A stretch of 64,000 nt of DNA from Bacteroidales bacterium (GTDB taxonomy: Bacteria > Bacteroidota > Bacteroidia > Bacteroidales > JAYRGN01), in contig JAYRGN010000002.1 in the NCBI GenBank assembly GCA_041907825.1, positions 124,924 to 188,923 on the forward strand, written 5' to 3'. Each line of letters starts with the position of its first letter. Position 1 is the first letter of the stretch. A program made the position numbers and the translations under genes. Positions 35,037 through 45,087 of this stretch are shown here, one piece after another. The notes beneath the pieces were generated by a model, which saw only the letters and a list, made by a program, of their open reading frames with translations, did no database searches and was not told where the DNA came from.

Positions 35037-35624
35037 ATGTCAGGGATAGTTCAGGTTCCTCAAGATCTACATATTCATACTACTTATTCGAGTGCCGATC
35101 ACTCTATAGTTCCGGAGCAAACGGTTGAACTTATTGCTGCAGTAAAGCACGCTCGTGTTATAGGTATAAGCGATCATCTCGAAGCAATTTATCCGGTTAA
35201 AATAGACGAATATCTTAACGATGTTCGTAGTCATGGCCTTAAAGTTGGCGTTGAGGTAAATGGCCATGAGTGGGCTGGTATTGCAACTACTGTTGATACA
35301 GATTATTACATTTATCATTGTTACGATACGGAGGCCGATTATAAGGGTGCTCAGAAGCTTTTAACTTTAGGAAAACCTGTAATTATTGCACATCCTCAAT
35401 TTTTAAAAACAAATCTAGATAAAGTTCCCGAAGGTTGTTTTATCGAACTAAATAACCGTTACGTTTGGCGTGGCGATTGGCAATCTGGCTATTATTCACG
35501 AGTAAAAGATCGTTTTCGTTTTGTTGTTGGAAGCGATGCTCATCAGCCAAATTGGTTGAATCAGAATCTAGCTCGTTATGTTATGAATGAACTTGGTATT
35601 ACAGAAACGCTCTTGTTCAATTAA
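35037..35624 (+). CDS. PHP-domain (histidinol-phosphatase-like) metal-dependent phosphoesterase
   Basis: 195 aa; DLHIHTTYSSADHS N-terminal motif; later GISDHLE and GSDAHQP His/Asp motifs. Confidence 0.7.
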   Translation: MSGIVQVPQDLHIHTTYSSADHSIVPEQTVELIAAVKHARVIGISDHLEAIYPVKIDEYLNDVRSHGLKVGVEVNGHEWAGIATTVDTDYYIYHCYDTEADYKGAQKLLTLGKPVIIAHPQFLKTNLDKVPEGCFIELNNRYVWRGDWQSGYYSRVKDRFRFVVGSDAHQPNWLNQNLARYVMNELGITETLLFN

Positions 35625-35629
35625 TTACC

Positions 35630-36187
35630 ATGGATTTTGTTACCGTCTTTATATTAGCTATTGGTTTATCTTTCGACACTTTTGCGGTTTCGGTAACTTG
35701 TGGATTACTTCGGCAGCAAATGAATTTCAGGCAGGCTGCTCGTATTGCTATTGTTTTTGCTTTTGTTCAAGCGCTGTTCCCTCTTGTCGGATGGATCATT
35801 GGCGTAAGTCTGTCCCGATTTATTTCTCAATATGATCATTGGATTGCATTTGGTTTGCTCACGCTTTTAGGTATAAAAATGATTATTGAAAGTCAGAAAG
35901 CGCATGAAGAAAAGACAATAGATCCGTACCATCTTTATACACAATTAAAACTGGCTATTGCAACCAGCATTGATGCTCTTATTGCAGGATTAGGTTTTGG
36001 CTTTCTCTCGCCGGCAGGAATAGTTCCCTCGTTAGTTATTATTGGTTTTGTCACTTTTATGGTTGCTATGCTAGGAATGTTGTTTGGAAAGAAGGCTAGG
36101 GGACTATTAGGCGAAAAAATGGAAATATTGGGCGGATTAATTTTGATAAGTATTGGCGTTAAAATATTATTAGAAAATATTTTATAA
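35630..36187 (+). CDS. mntP: manganese efflux pump MntP family protein
   Basis: 185 aa; six hydrophobic segments; duplicated LSFDTFAVS / TSIDALIAG motifs typical of MntP. Confidence 0.8.
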   Translation: MDFVTVFILAIGLSFDTFAVSVTCGLLRQQMNFRQAARIAIVFAFVQALFPLVGWIIGVSLSRFISQYDHWIAFGLLTLLGIKMIIESQKAHEEKTIDPYHLYTQLKLAIATSIDALIAGLGFGFLSPAGIVPSLVIIGFVTFMVAMLGMLFGKKARGLLGEKMEILGGLILISIGVKILLENIL

Positions 36188-36256
36188 AAACAATACCGAA
36201 TTTTAAGAATTACCTAAAAAAATAGAGAAAAGATAATGCCGACGGTATATTTTTTA

Positions 36257-36264
36257 TATTTTTG
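36257..36264 (+). promoter_or_regulatory. -7 box TAttTTTG for tRNA-Gln
   Basis: Matches TAnnTTTG and ends 14 nt before the mature tRNA 5' end. Confidence 0.55.
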
Positions 36265-36277
36265 CACACGGAAATTT

Positions 36278-36350
36278 TGTCCTGTAGTGTAATTGGCAAC
36301 ACGCCTGACTCTGGATCAGGAAAGTCCAGGTTCGACCCCTGGCAGGACAA
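36278..36350 (+). tRNA. tRNA-Gln (anticodon CUG)
   Basis: Hand-folded cloverleaf: acceptor tgtcctg/caggaca with a U1-A72 pair, D-stem gtgt/acac, anticodon stem cctga/tcagg with loop ctCTGga, T-arm ccagg-ttcgacc-cctgg; -7 box upstream and terminator downstream; CCA not encoded. Confidence 0.9.
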
Positions 36351-36351
36351 C

Positions 36352-36381
36352 AAAAGCCACTCAGTATTGGGTGGCTTTTTT
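36352..36381 (+). terminator. intrinsic terminator after tRNA-Gln
   Basis: Stem aaaagccac / gtggctttt, 10-nt loop, T-run. Confidence 0.75.
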
Positions 36382-36590
36382 ATTTTCAGATCAGCCTTCT
36401 TTCTGAATTTTTCTTCTGATCATTTCTTTCTGTGTAAATATTTAAGAATCTGTTTCTATCGCAGACACGGAAAGTTAATTTCTTACGTTTTTATTCTTAA
36501 TCTATTGTGTATTAATTACACGACAACGAGTATCTTAGTGCCGTATTTTGTATGGAATACAAAGCGAATGAAACCAAATAGATAACTACA

Positions 36591-38318
36591 ATGAAAACAA
36601 CGATGTTAACGGCTTTGCTGGCCGCAACTGTATTTTGCTGTAATGCTCAGCAGAATAGCGAGAACATTAAGCTAAATCAGTTAGGTTTTTTCCCGGAAGG
36701 GCAAAAAATAGCTATTGTAACTAATTCTAAATCGGAAGATTTTGAAGTAAAAACAGCAGACTTGAAAACTACTGTTTTTAAAGGAATGTTAAGCCCGGAA
36801 AAAGAATGGAATAAATCGGGCGAAAAGGTTAAACTGGCTGATTTTTCTGCATTTAATAAACCTGGAAAATATATTCTGGTTGTAAAAGGAGAAGTACAAT
36901 CGTATCCTTTTTTGATCGGAGAAACGGTGTTTGAAAATGTAGTAAAAGGATCATTGAAAGCGTATTATTACAATAGGGCATCAATAGAGCTTTTACCAAA
37001 ATTTGCAGGAAAATATGCAAGGCCCGAAGGTCATCCTGATACTCAGGTTGTCGTACTCCCTTCGGCTGCTTCCGATAAACGCCCGGCAGGAACTGTAATT
37101 TCAACACCTGGAGGTTGGTATGATGCTGGTGATTATAATAAGTATATTGTTAATTCTGGAATAAGTACCTATACGTTATTACTGGCTTACGAAAATTATT
37201 CATCGTTATTAGATACGTTGCAATTTAATATTCCCGAAAGTGGCAACGGAATGCCTGATATACTGAATGAAGCGTTATGGAACATTCGCTGGATGACCAC
37301 CATGCAGGATCCAAACGACGGAGGTGTCTACAATAAAACCACCAATGCAAGTTTTGATCCTATGGTATTGCCACATCTTTGTAAAACAATGCGCTATGTT
37401 ACAGCAAAAGGAACGGCTGCGGCCCTCGATTTTGCTTCGGTGATGGCTGTTTGTTCGCGTGTTTATAAAAAATATTTGCCGGCATTTGCCGATAGTTGCC
37501 TGAAACGTGCGTTGTTAGCTTGGAACTGGGCCAAAGTAAATCCGAATAAACCGTTTACCAATCCGAAAGAACAGGATGGTTATCCTGGCGTTGTTACCGG
37601 AGAATATGGCGATCCTCATTTGGCTGACGAATTTCAGTGGGCTGCGGCAGAACTTTATCTGGCTACCGGTAATGATTTGTATTATAACGAAATTGGCCTC
37701 GAAAAATCTGGGTTTACCGTGCCTTCGTGGGGAGATGTCCGCACACTCGGTTTACTCTCAATGGCAGCATGCCCAAAATTTCCTACATCTGTTGCTGACG
37801 CTCAATTAGTAAAAAAACAGTTGCTGGTACTTGCTGATTCGCTAAAAGATTTTCAAATGAAAAAGTCTCCTTATAAAATTAGTATCGATAGTTTTGTATG
37901 GGGAAGTAATTCAGATGTAGCCAATCAGGGTATGATTCTTATGATGGCGTACAAGCTTACTCATAATGTTGATTATCTGAATGCTGCGCTTTCGAATGCC
38001 GATTATCTGCTTGGGCGTAATGCTACTGGTTATTGTTTTGTAACGGGTTTTGGTTTGCGTTTTCCTCATCATGTTCATCATCGTCCTTCCGTTGGTTATG
38101 GATTTGAAGAATCGGTTCCCGGCTTTTTATCGGGAGGTCCAAATCCCTATAATCAGTACGATTGCCAGGGCGTAAATAATGCATATCCAACCTCGTTACC
38201 AGCTAAATGTTTTGCCGATAATATTTGCAGTTATTCGACTAACGAAATAGCAATTAACTGGAATGCACCGTTGGTATTTCTTACCAGTGCTTTACAATCA
38301 ACATTTCTTGATAAATAA
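36591..38318 (+). CDS. glycoside hydrolase family 9 endoglucanase with N-terminal Ig-like domain
   Basis: 575 aa; signal peptide; GH9 signature GGWYDAGDYNKY; later HHRPS and NEIAINWNAP catalytic-region blocks. Confidence 0.9.
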   Translation: MKTTMLTALLAATVFCCNAQQNSENIKLNQLGFFPEGQKIAIVTNSKSEDFEVKTADLKTTVFKGMLSPEKEWNKSGEKVKLADFSAFNKPGKYILVVKGEVQSYPFLIGETVFENVVKGSLKAYYYNRASIELLPKFAGKYARPEGHPDTQVVVLPSAASDKRPAGTVISTPGGWYDAGDYNKYIVNSGISTYTLLLAYENYSSLLDTLQFNIPESGNGMPDILNEALWNIRWMTTMQDPNDGGVYNKTTNASFDPMVLPHLCKTMRYVTAKGTAAALDFASVMAVCSRVYKKYLPAFADSCLKRALLAWNWAKVNPNKPFTNPKEQDGYPGVVTGEYGDPHLADEFQWAAAELYLATGNDLYYNEIGLEKSGFTVPSWGDVRTLGLLSMAACPKFPTSVADAQLVKKQLLVLADSLKDFQMKKSPYKISIDSFVWGSNSDVANQGMILMMAYKLTHNVDYLNAALSNADYLLGRNATGYCFVTGFGLRFPHHVHHRPSVGYGFEESVPGFLSGGPNPYNQYDCQGVNNAYPTSLPAKCFADNICSYSTNEIAINWNAPLVFLTSALQSTFLDK

Positions 38319-38339
38319 ATTTGGTTTTTCTGTTAAATA

Positions 38340-38376
38340 AAAAGTCCGAAGCATTAATTTGCCTCGGACTTTTGTT
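38340..38376. terminator. bidirectional terminator between GH9 and GIN-domain genes
   Basis: Stem aaaagtccga / tcggactttt with a 14-nt loop. Confidence 0.7.
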
Positions 38377-38399
38377 TAACTAACCTACTAATTGAACTA

Positions 38400-39233
38400 T
38401 TATTCTTTTCTTATTTTTCCTGATCCCCAATGTTTTGTTTGGCTGTCGGTTACCGGACCACTGTAAGTAATATTACCACTCCCGTGAACCGAAGCATTGA
38501 ATTTTTCGCTGGCATATACGCGGCAATTGCCGGATCCATGTACGCTTACATCAACTTTTGCAGCTTTCATGTTCTTGGCATCAACATTGCCGGAACCATG
38601 TGACTGGATTGTTAAATTATTTGTTGAGCCTTCAATTACCATATCACCCGAACCGCTGTTCGAGATTTCGATATCATCGCTATTAGTTTGAGCAACAGTT
38701 CTTCCAGAGCCACTTGAATAGATGAATAATTTCTTTGCCATTCCAGAGAAATCAAATGCGCCTGATCCTTCGAGTGAAAGTTTAGCCTGATTTCCTTCAT
38801 ATTGAAGAGAAATGGTTCCCGATCCATGGTTTTCGGCAGTTAAAACATCGCCTGTAAATTTGTTCATGCCTTTGATGAGGCCTGAACCCGACTGCGAAAT
38901 TCCTATTACTTGCGGCATTGAAATGTAAATGTTGACTTTATTTTTTCCTCTAAAAGAAAAATTGTTTTTCATACTAATGTATAACGTCTTATCGTTCACA
39001 TTAGTAATTATATATGGTAAAATATTGTCATCGGCTTCTACTTTTACCTGAAAAGATGAAGCTTGTGTGATAAACACATTGAAGGATGACCGTGATTGAA
39101 CTTGCACGAAACCATCGAGTTGCCGGTTCTCTGTTTGTACTTTTCCCGAACCTTCAATGATATTGTTTCCAAACGAAATACAAGTAGATAAGAAAAATGC
39201 CAACGTGAGGCAAATACTGTTTATCGCTTTCAT
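38400..39233 (-). CDS. GIN-domain (DUF2807) beta-helical repeat protein, secreted
   Basis: 277 aa; signal peptide; more than 8 repeats of the (H/S)GSG(x)(x) motif. Confidence 0.75.
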   Translation of the reverse strand: MKAINSICLTLAFFLSTCISFGNNIIEGSGKVQTENRQLDGFVQVQSRSSFNVFITQASSFQVKVEADDNILPYIITNVNDKTLYISMKNNFSFRGKNKVNIYISMPQVIGISQSGSGLIKGMNKFTGDVLTAENHGSGTISLQYEGNQAKLSLEGSGAFDFSGMAKKLFIYSSGSGRTVAQTNSDDIEISNSGSGDMVIEGSTNNLTIQSHGSGNVDAKNMKAAKVDVSVHGSGNCRVYASEKFNASVHGSGNITYSGPVTDSQTKHWGSGKIRKE

Positions 39234-39350
39234 ATTATTGTTTTTAGATTTTGATACATCGTTTCAACAATTCTATGACGTGGCGATAATTCAAATAGTT
39301 ACAAGAGCATGAATATATTTTGAATATAGGGCTTTAAATCAAACTATTAA

Positions 39351-39959
39351 TTAGTTCTTTTGCCATAATCTTACTCCCACACGAATTACCGGTGATAAAT
39401 CAACATTTGGAATCGTATAATTTATACCGTTGAAATCGAGGCTTTTGTCTTTTCGAAGGTAAATGTGCATTCCTGGTTGCAGATAAAGATATTTTCCGAT
39501 AAAGAACTGATAACTAATACCTGCACCACAATCGGTGCTGTGCAGATTGTGTTTTAAACCGGTTGCTTTTTGCTCAATTTGGAAGGTATGAAATTCAAGG
39601 TAAGTATAAATTTCCAAGTTGCGCCAAACATTATAACCCAGAAAGATGCCCGGAGAAGTTTTGTAAGAACGCTTAAAATTGTCGGACGAATTGTGTATTC
39701 CTGCAGTCTCGGCATCGTATTTTCCTCCGTTTATAACGCTTATTCTTACCCTAACCCGTTCGTAGCGGTATCCGGCCGCGACATGAAAGCCTCCTGTAAT
39801 AAACATCGGGAAAAGGCTTTCTATTTCAACTGCTTGTTTTGCCTGATAACTGGCCGGAACCGGGTGCCAAAAGCTGCATGAGTCTTTGCGTATTGTTTGC
39901 GCTTGCAGCGATGATAACGATATAATAAACAAAAGAATAAAAGCTAATCTGTTTTTCAT
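39351..39959 (-). CDS. hypothetical small outer-membrane beta-barrel protein
   Basis: 202 aa; signal peptide MKNRLAFILLFIISLSSLQAQ; alternating aromatic/hydrophobic strands. Confidence 0.6.
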   Translation of the reverse strand: MKNRLAFILLFIISLSSLQAQTIRKDSCSFWHPVPASYQAKQAVEIESLFPMFITGGFHVAAGYRYERVRVRISVINGGKYDAETAGIHNSSDNFKRSYKTSPGIFLGYNVWRNLEIYTYLEFHTFQIEQKATGLKHNLHSTDCGAGISYQFFIGKYLYLQPGMHIYLRKDKSLDFNGINYTIPNVDLSPVIRVGVRLWQKN

Positions 39960-40059
39960 CGTAAAAAGAATTTTAGTCGTAATTATTTGCTGACAAAATT
40001 CTGTTACAACGAAGGTTTGATTGCTTCACATTTGTTACCAAATCAAAATGCCGTGCATT

Positions 40060-41043
40060 TTAATCATGATCGGGATATGTAATGTTGCATTGTTTCCGTA
40101 TAGTGTCTAGTAATTCAATAAGTTGAATGCTGAAATCATGACTCATTATTCGGCTTTCAAGTTGTCCGTTAAGCAAACAATCGGTTACTTCCTGAGCTTC
40201 GTAATTATAACCATTACCTTTAACTGTAATATTTACAGGTACTTCGTTGTTGTTTTCATCAAATAGATGAATATTTACCGGACAAAACCATAAAGGATCG
40301 AAAATTATTTTCCCTTTTGTGCCTACTATTTCTGCTATCGTTTCAGTTTTTGCAACAGCCGATGAACAAAGCGAAGCCAGCGCATTGGGGTATCGGAATG
40401 TCATGCCGCAACTATGGTCAACAAGAGTTGGACCAATATGTGCCAATGAATTTATTTCTAATGGTTTGCCTAATAGAAAGAGAGATAAAAACACCGGATA
40501 AATACCAAGATCAAGGAGTGAACCACCGATAAGTTGGCGGTTAAACCATCGGTTTTGTTCGTCATAACCCGGATTAATACCAAAATCGCATTTTAAAAAC
40601 CGGACTTCTCCAATTGTTCCACTATCGATCAGCTCTTTAGCTTTTATTACGTTGGGAAGAAAACGGCTCCACATCGCTTCCATAAGGAATAATTTACGAT
40701 GAGAAGCTTCTTGTATCATTTGTTTTACTTCTTTTTCGTTAACCGCAAAAGGCTTTTCGCAAAGTACGTGCTTATTGTTTCGTAAACACATTAAGGTGTT
40801 GTCGTAATGAAGATTATGAGGTGTTGCAATATATACAACATCAACGTTTGGGTCACGAGCGAGTGCTTCGTATGAACAGAATGAAACATGAATATTGTAT
40901 TCTTGCGCAAAATCAGATGCTGTAATTTGATTTCTTGAAGCAACAGCATATAATTCACTGTTTTCTGTGTTCTTAAGACCTTCGGCAAATTTGCGGGCAA
41001 TGTATCCTGTTCCTAATATTCCCCAACGTATAGTCTGTTTCAT
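40060..41043 (-). CDS. Gfo/Idh/MocA-family NAD(P)-dependent oxidoreductase
   Basis: 327 aa; N-terminal Rossmann motif IRWGILGTGYIARKF and EKP motif (VLCEKPFA). Confidence 0.9.
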   Translation of the reverse strand: MKQTIRWGILGTGYIARKFAEGLKNTENSELYAVASRNQITASDFAQEYNIHVSFCSYEALARDPNVDVVYIATPHNLHYDNTLMCLRNNKHVLCEKPFAVNEKEVKQMIQEASHRKLFLMEAMWSRFLPNVIKAKELIDSGTIGEVRFLKCDFGINPGYDEQNRWFNRQLIGGSLLDLGIYPVFLSLFLLGKPLEINSLAHIGPTLVDHSCGMTFRYPNALASLCSSAVAKTETIAEIVGTKGKIIFDPLWFCPVNIHLFDENNNEVPVNITVKGNGYNYEAQEVTDCLLNGQLESRIMSHDFSIQLIELLDTIRKQCNITYPDHD

Positions 41044-41235
41044 TGCTCGTTTTTTATAGTTGTTTTATTTTTTTGCAAAAATCATTCGATCTTGATGGAA
41101 AGATGCAAAGGAAATTGCAGATAGTGTGTTAAAAGAATGACAATTATTGAAAATAATATTGTATTAAAAAATATTTGACAGATTGTTCTGTAATTCTAAA
41201 AACAAAAGAGACGCACCTTAACAACAAGAATGCTT

Positions 41236-41243
41236 TATATTTG
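41236..41243 (+). promoter_or_regulatory. -7 box TAtaTTTG for the dCMP deaminase-ctp operon
   Basis: Matches TAnnTTTG, 35 nt upstream of ATG 41278. Confidence 0.45.
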
Positions 41244-41277
41244 TCACTAATTATTGCGACAAGAGTAATTTAAACGT

Positions 41278-41730
41278 ATGACAGACGGAAAAGAATATCC
41301 GTACGGTGAAAAACAACGACAGTTTGATCGTCGGTATCTGGAAATGGCCCGTATCTGGGCAGCCAATTCATATTGCAAACGCCGTCAGGTTGGCGCACTT
41401 ATTGTAAAAGATAAAATGATAATTTCTGATGGATATAACGGAACTCCATCGGGATTTGAAAATATTTGCGAAGACGACGATTATCGAACTAAACCATATG
41501 TTCTTCATGCTGAGGCAAATGCTATTACAAAAGTTGCCAAATCGAGCAACAGCAGCGAAGGAGCCACACTTTATATTACTACGTCTCCATGTCTGGAATG
41601 TGCAAAGCTGATAATACAGTCGGGCATTGTCCGGGTTGTTTTTAGCGATAAATATCATAACGAAGATGGTTTGGCTCTTTTAAAAAGAGCCAATATCGAA
41701 GTTATTCACTTAAATATCGAACGTTTATGA
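41278..41730 (+). CDS. deoxycytidylate (dCMP) deaminase
   Basis: 150 aa; zinc-binding HAEANAI and PCLECAKLI motifs; 4-nt overlap with the downstream S41 protease gene. Confidence 0.9.
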   Translation: MTDGKEYPYGEKQRQFDRRYLEMARIWAANSYCKRRQVGALIVKDKMIISDGYNGTPSGFENICEDDDYRTKPYVLHAEANAITKVAKSSNSSEGATLYITTSPCLECAKLIIQSGIVRVVFSDKYHNEDGLALLKRANIEVIHLNIERL

Positions 41731-43334
41731 ACCGTCGTATTGCGATATGGTTGCCTTTGCTTTTAGCCGTTGTGCTTTCTGCAGGTTTTTTTATGGGAAC
41801 ACGCTTGTCATCGTCCCGCTTGGGCGCACGTCTATCTATTACCCCAAATTCATCATCAAAACTCGAGTCTATTATTCAATATATTCAAAATGAATATGTT
41901 GATTCTGTGTCGGGTAAAGAATTGTCGGAAGAAGCAATAACAGCCTTGCTCAAAGATCTTGATCCTCACTCTGTTTACATTCCCGCAAGTGAAGTTAGCG
42001 ATGCCAATGAACCGCTCGAAGGTGGATTTAGTGGTATTGGAGTCCAGTTCAGTATGCAAACAGATACCGTTTATGTTATTAATACAGTGCCAAATGGACC
42101 TTCAGCAAAATTAGGAATTTTGCCAGGAGACAAAATTATTAAGGTTAACGATTCGGTTATTGCGGGTAAAAAGCTCTCGACTGATAAAGTTGTGAAAATG
42201 TTAAAAGGCCCGAAAGGGACGAAAGTCCGAGTGGCAATTCTTCGTCATGGCGTTAAACAACTGGTTGATTATACCATTACGCGAGGAGAAATTCCGCTTT
42301 ACAGCGTCGATTATTCGTATATGCTTGCCCCTTCTGTCGGATATGTAAAAATTAATCAGTTTGCCCGAACAACACCTGCCGAATTTATAAAAGCGGTAAC
42401 CAAGCTGCATCAGCAGGGAATGAAGAAACTTGTGCTTGACTTGCGCGGTAATGGTGGCGGCTTGCTTGACGCTGCTATTGCGGTTGCTGATCAGTTCTTG
42501 GATAAAGGTCAGTTAATTGTTTATACTCAAGGTCGTATGCGTCCTCGTCAGGAAGCTCGAGCAACCGAAAAGGGTTTATGTCAGTCCGATAAACTTGTTG
42601 TTCTGATTGATGAGTATTCCGCTTCTGCAAGCGAAATTGTTTCGGGAGCTATTCAGGATAACGATCGCGGAACCATTATCGGTCGCCGTTCGTTTGGTAA
42701 AGGTCTTGTTCAGGAGCAAAGTGAATTTCCTGACGGATCTGCTATTCGACTTACGGTTGCTCGTTATTACACACCTTCCGGACGTTGCATTCAGAAACCT
42801 TATTCAAAAGGAAAGGGCGAGGAGGATTACGAAATGGATATTCTTAATCGCTATAATCATGGCGAATTGGTTTCGAAGGACAGTATTCATCTGGATCATT
42901 CTAAGAAATACACAACCGTTAGTGGCCGGGTTGTGTATGGCGGAGGCGGTATTATGCCCGATATTTTTGTGCCAATGGATACCGCAGGTTATTCAACCGG
43001 TTATGGAAAACTTCGTGATCAGGGACTTATATATAAGTTTTCGTTTGAATTTACCGATAAGTATCGAGATCAGATGAAAGCCTTTAAAGATGTAAAAAGT
43101 TTGCGTCAGTGGCTTGCAGGGCAGAATGTTACAAAACAGTTTATTGCTTATGCCAAAACACATAAGGTGGAATTGACTGCGAAAGATCTGCGAACATCTT
43201 ATCGTTTGCTTACCGTAGAACTCGAAGCTTATATTGCTCGAAATATGCTTGATAACGATGGATTTTATCCTGTTATACAGGAAGTTGATGCAACATTACA
43301 ACGAAGTATTAACTTTCTCGAAAAAGGTAAATAA
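41727..43334 (+). CDS. carboxyl-terminal processing protease (S41A, PDZ-containing)
   Basis: 535 aa; N-terminal TM/signal; PDZ block GILPGDKIIKVND; catalytic blocks LRGNGGGLL, DEYSASASEI and SFGKGLVQ. Confidence 0.9.
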   Translation: MNRRIAIWLPLLLAVVLSAGFFMGTRLSSSRLGARLSITPNSSSKLESIIQYIQNEYVDSVSGKELSEEAITALLKDLDPHSVYIPASEVSDANEPLEGGFSGIGVQFSMQTDTVYVINTVPNGPSAKLGILPGDKIIKVNDSVIAGKKLSTDKVVKMLKGPKGTKVRVAILRHGVKQLVDYTITRGEIPLYSVDYSYMLAPSVGYVKINQFARTTPAEFIKAVTKLHQQGMKKLVLDLRGNGGGLLDAAIAVADQFLDKGQLIVYTQGRMRPRQEARATEKGLCQSDKLVVLIDEYSASASEIVSGAIQDNDRGTIIGRRSFGKGLVQEQSEFPDGSAIRLTVARYYTPSGRCIQKPYSKGKGEEDYEMDILNRYNHGELVSKDSIHLDHSKKYTTVSGRVVYGGGGIMPDIFVPMDTAGYSTGYGKLRDQGLIYKFSFEFTDKYRDQMKAFKDVKSLRQWLAGQNVTKQFIAYAKTHKVELTAKDLRTSYRLLTVELEAYIARNMLDNDGFYPVIQEVDATLQRSINFLEKGK

Positions 43335-43394
43335 GAATGATCTATCTAACACTTGTGTATTTATATCAGTGTTAGATTTAGTATAATAAAATAA

Positions 43395-43435
43395 AAAAGA
43401 GAACGCCGAAGAATATAACTTCGGCGTTCTCTTTT
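43395..43435. terminator. bidirectional terminator between ctp and tatA
   Basis: 17-bp perfect stem aaaagagaacgccgaag / cttcggcgttctctttt with a 7-nt loop. Confidence 0.8.
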
Positions 43436-43467
43436 GAGTTATAAAACAAACAGTTATTGACTGCTTG

Positions 43468-43689
43468 CTATTTTTTTTCGTCTGTTTTTTTGTCTTTTTC
43501 AGAAGCGTTATTGACCGGTGTTTTTTTAGTATCCTCTAGGTTTGCCGCTTTTTTGAACTCACGAACACCTTCACCTATTCCACGCATTAATTCTGGGATT
43601 TTTCTGCCTCCAAATAAAAGCAGTAAGATGACAACAACAAGAACAATTTGTCCTGGGCCAATAACTCCTAAAATTGTAATAAGGTCCAT
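43468..43689 (-). CDS. tatA: twin-arginine translocase subunit TatA/E
   Basis: 73 aa; TM helix followed by LLLFGGRKIPELMRGIGEGVREFKKA. Confidence 0.92.
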   Translation of the reverse strand: MDLITILGVIGPGQIVLVVVILLLLFGGRKIPELMRGIGEGVREFKKAANLEDTKKTPVNNASEKDKKTDEKK

Positions 43690-43750
43690 ATTTATAGTTT
43701 TGTTATGTAAACTTACGCTTTATCGTTCAATAAACCAGTAGATTGATTTG

Positions 43751-45076
43751 TTAATGTTTAAAGAAGAAACGTAAAACATCGTTCATATTAGCGTAGAGCA
43801 TTAGCGCAATAAGAATTACCATTCCGGTTATCTGGGCATATTCCATAAACTTATCACCGGGTTTACGTCCTGTAATCATTTCGTAAAGCAAAAATAGTAC
43901 ATGGCCGCCGTCGAGTGCAGGAATTGGTAAAATATTCATAATGGCCAGAATAATCGATAAGAAAGCCGTTAGAGACCAGAATGACTGCCAGTCCCAAACA
44001 CCAGGAAAAATGCTTCCAATTGTAAGAAAACTGCCCAGCTGCTCATATCCTTTTGCTTTGGGAGAAAAAATAAGTTTAAGCTGTTTTATATAATCACCGA
44101 TTGTCTGAAATCCTTTTGTGATACCAGCAGGGATAGCACTGAAAAAGCCATAATTGGTATGCTCCAGCGTAAAGAATTTCGAAAGATTTCCATCCGGATA
44201 AATGCCTAAAAGTCCGGTTTCAGGGACTTTTATTTTGAATTGTATTGGTTCACCTTTTCGGTCAACCGAAACCGTTACTTCCTGATTTTTATAATTCGAA
44301 ATTTTCTGACGGAACTCGTCGAAAAATTTAGCACTATCTCCATTAATAGCCAATATACGATCGCCAGCCTGCATTCCTGCCACTTTAGCCGGAGAATCTT
44401 TTGTAAAATCATTGATAATAAATGGAATGCGTACAGAAATAAAACCTTTCTGACGGATAAGTTTTGCCACTAAATCAGGTGAAAGATTAATGTTCAGAAC
44501 CTGAGTGTCCCGTTTTACGGTTATGGTTTTTGCCTGATTTAAAATAACCGCAAGTGAAATTTCGGCATAATTGTCAATTGTTTTACCGTCAACTGCCAGA
44601 ACATGGTCTCCGCTTTGCAGACCGGCCTGAATGGCAAGAGAATCAGCGGCAATACCGTACTTCATGTTTTTGGTTGGCAAATAATCTTCGCCCCAGACGA
44701 ATAAGACGCCTGCATAGATAATAAGAGCCAAAATGAAGTTTACGAGTACTCCGCCCAGCATGATTAACAATCGTTGCCACGCGGGTTTTGCTCTAAATTC
44801 CCAAGGTTGAGCAGGTTGTTTCATCTGCTCCATATCCATAGACTCGTCAATCATTCCCGATATTTTAACATAACCACCAAGCGGGAGCCATCCGATACCG
44901 TATTCGGTGTCGCCTTTCTTCATCTTGAAAAGAGAAAACCATGGATCGAAGAATAAATAAAATTTTTCGACGCGGGTTTTAAAAATGCGGGCGAAAATAA
45001 AATGTCCAAACTCGTGTAAAAGAACAAGTATGGATAAGCTAAGTATTAACTGTAATGCTTTTGTTAAAATTACCAT
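43751..45076 (-). CDS. rseP: RIP zinc metalloprotease RseP (site-2 protease)
   Basis: 441 aa; HEFGHFIFAR motif; two PDZ-like segments; NILPIPALDGG motif; immediately downstream of dxr. Confidence 0.95.
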   Translation of the reverse strand: MVILTKALQLILSLSILVLLHEFGHFIFARIFKTRVEKFYLFFDPWFSLFKMKKGDTEYGIGWLPLGGYVKISGMIDESMDMEQMKQPAQPWEFRAKPAWQRLLIMLGGVLVNFILALIIYAGVLFVWGEDYLPTKNMKYGIAADSLAIQAGLQSGDHVLAVDGKTIDNYAEISLAVILNQAKTITVKRDTQVLNINLSPDLVAKLIRQKGFISVRIPFIINDFTKDSPAKVAGMQAGDRILAINGDSAKFFDEFRQKISNYKNQEVTVSVDRKGEPIQFKIKVPETGLLGIYPDGNLSKFFTLEHTNYGFFSAIPAGITKGFQTIGDYIKQLKLIFSPKAKGYEQLGSFLTIGSIFPGVWDWQSFWSLTAFLSIILAIMNILPIPALDGGHVLFLLYEMITGRKPGDKFMEYAQITGMVILIALMLYANMNDVLRFFFKH

Positions 45077-45087
45077 AAGGACTTTTT

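Noticed and set aside
36262-36585. 107-aa plus-strand ORF
   Set aside because: It overlaps the well-folded tRNA-Gln (36278-36350) and its terminator, so it is a spurious reading frame.
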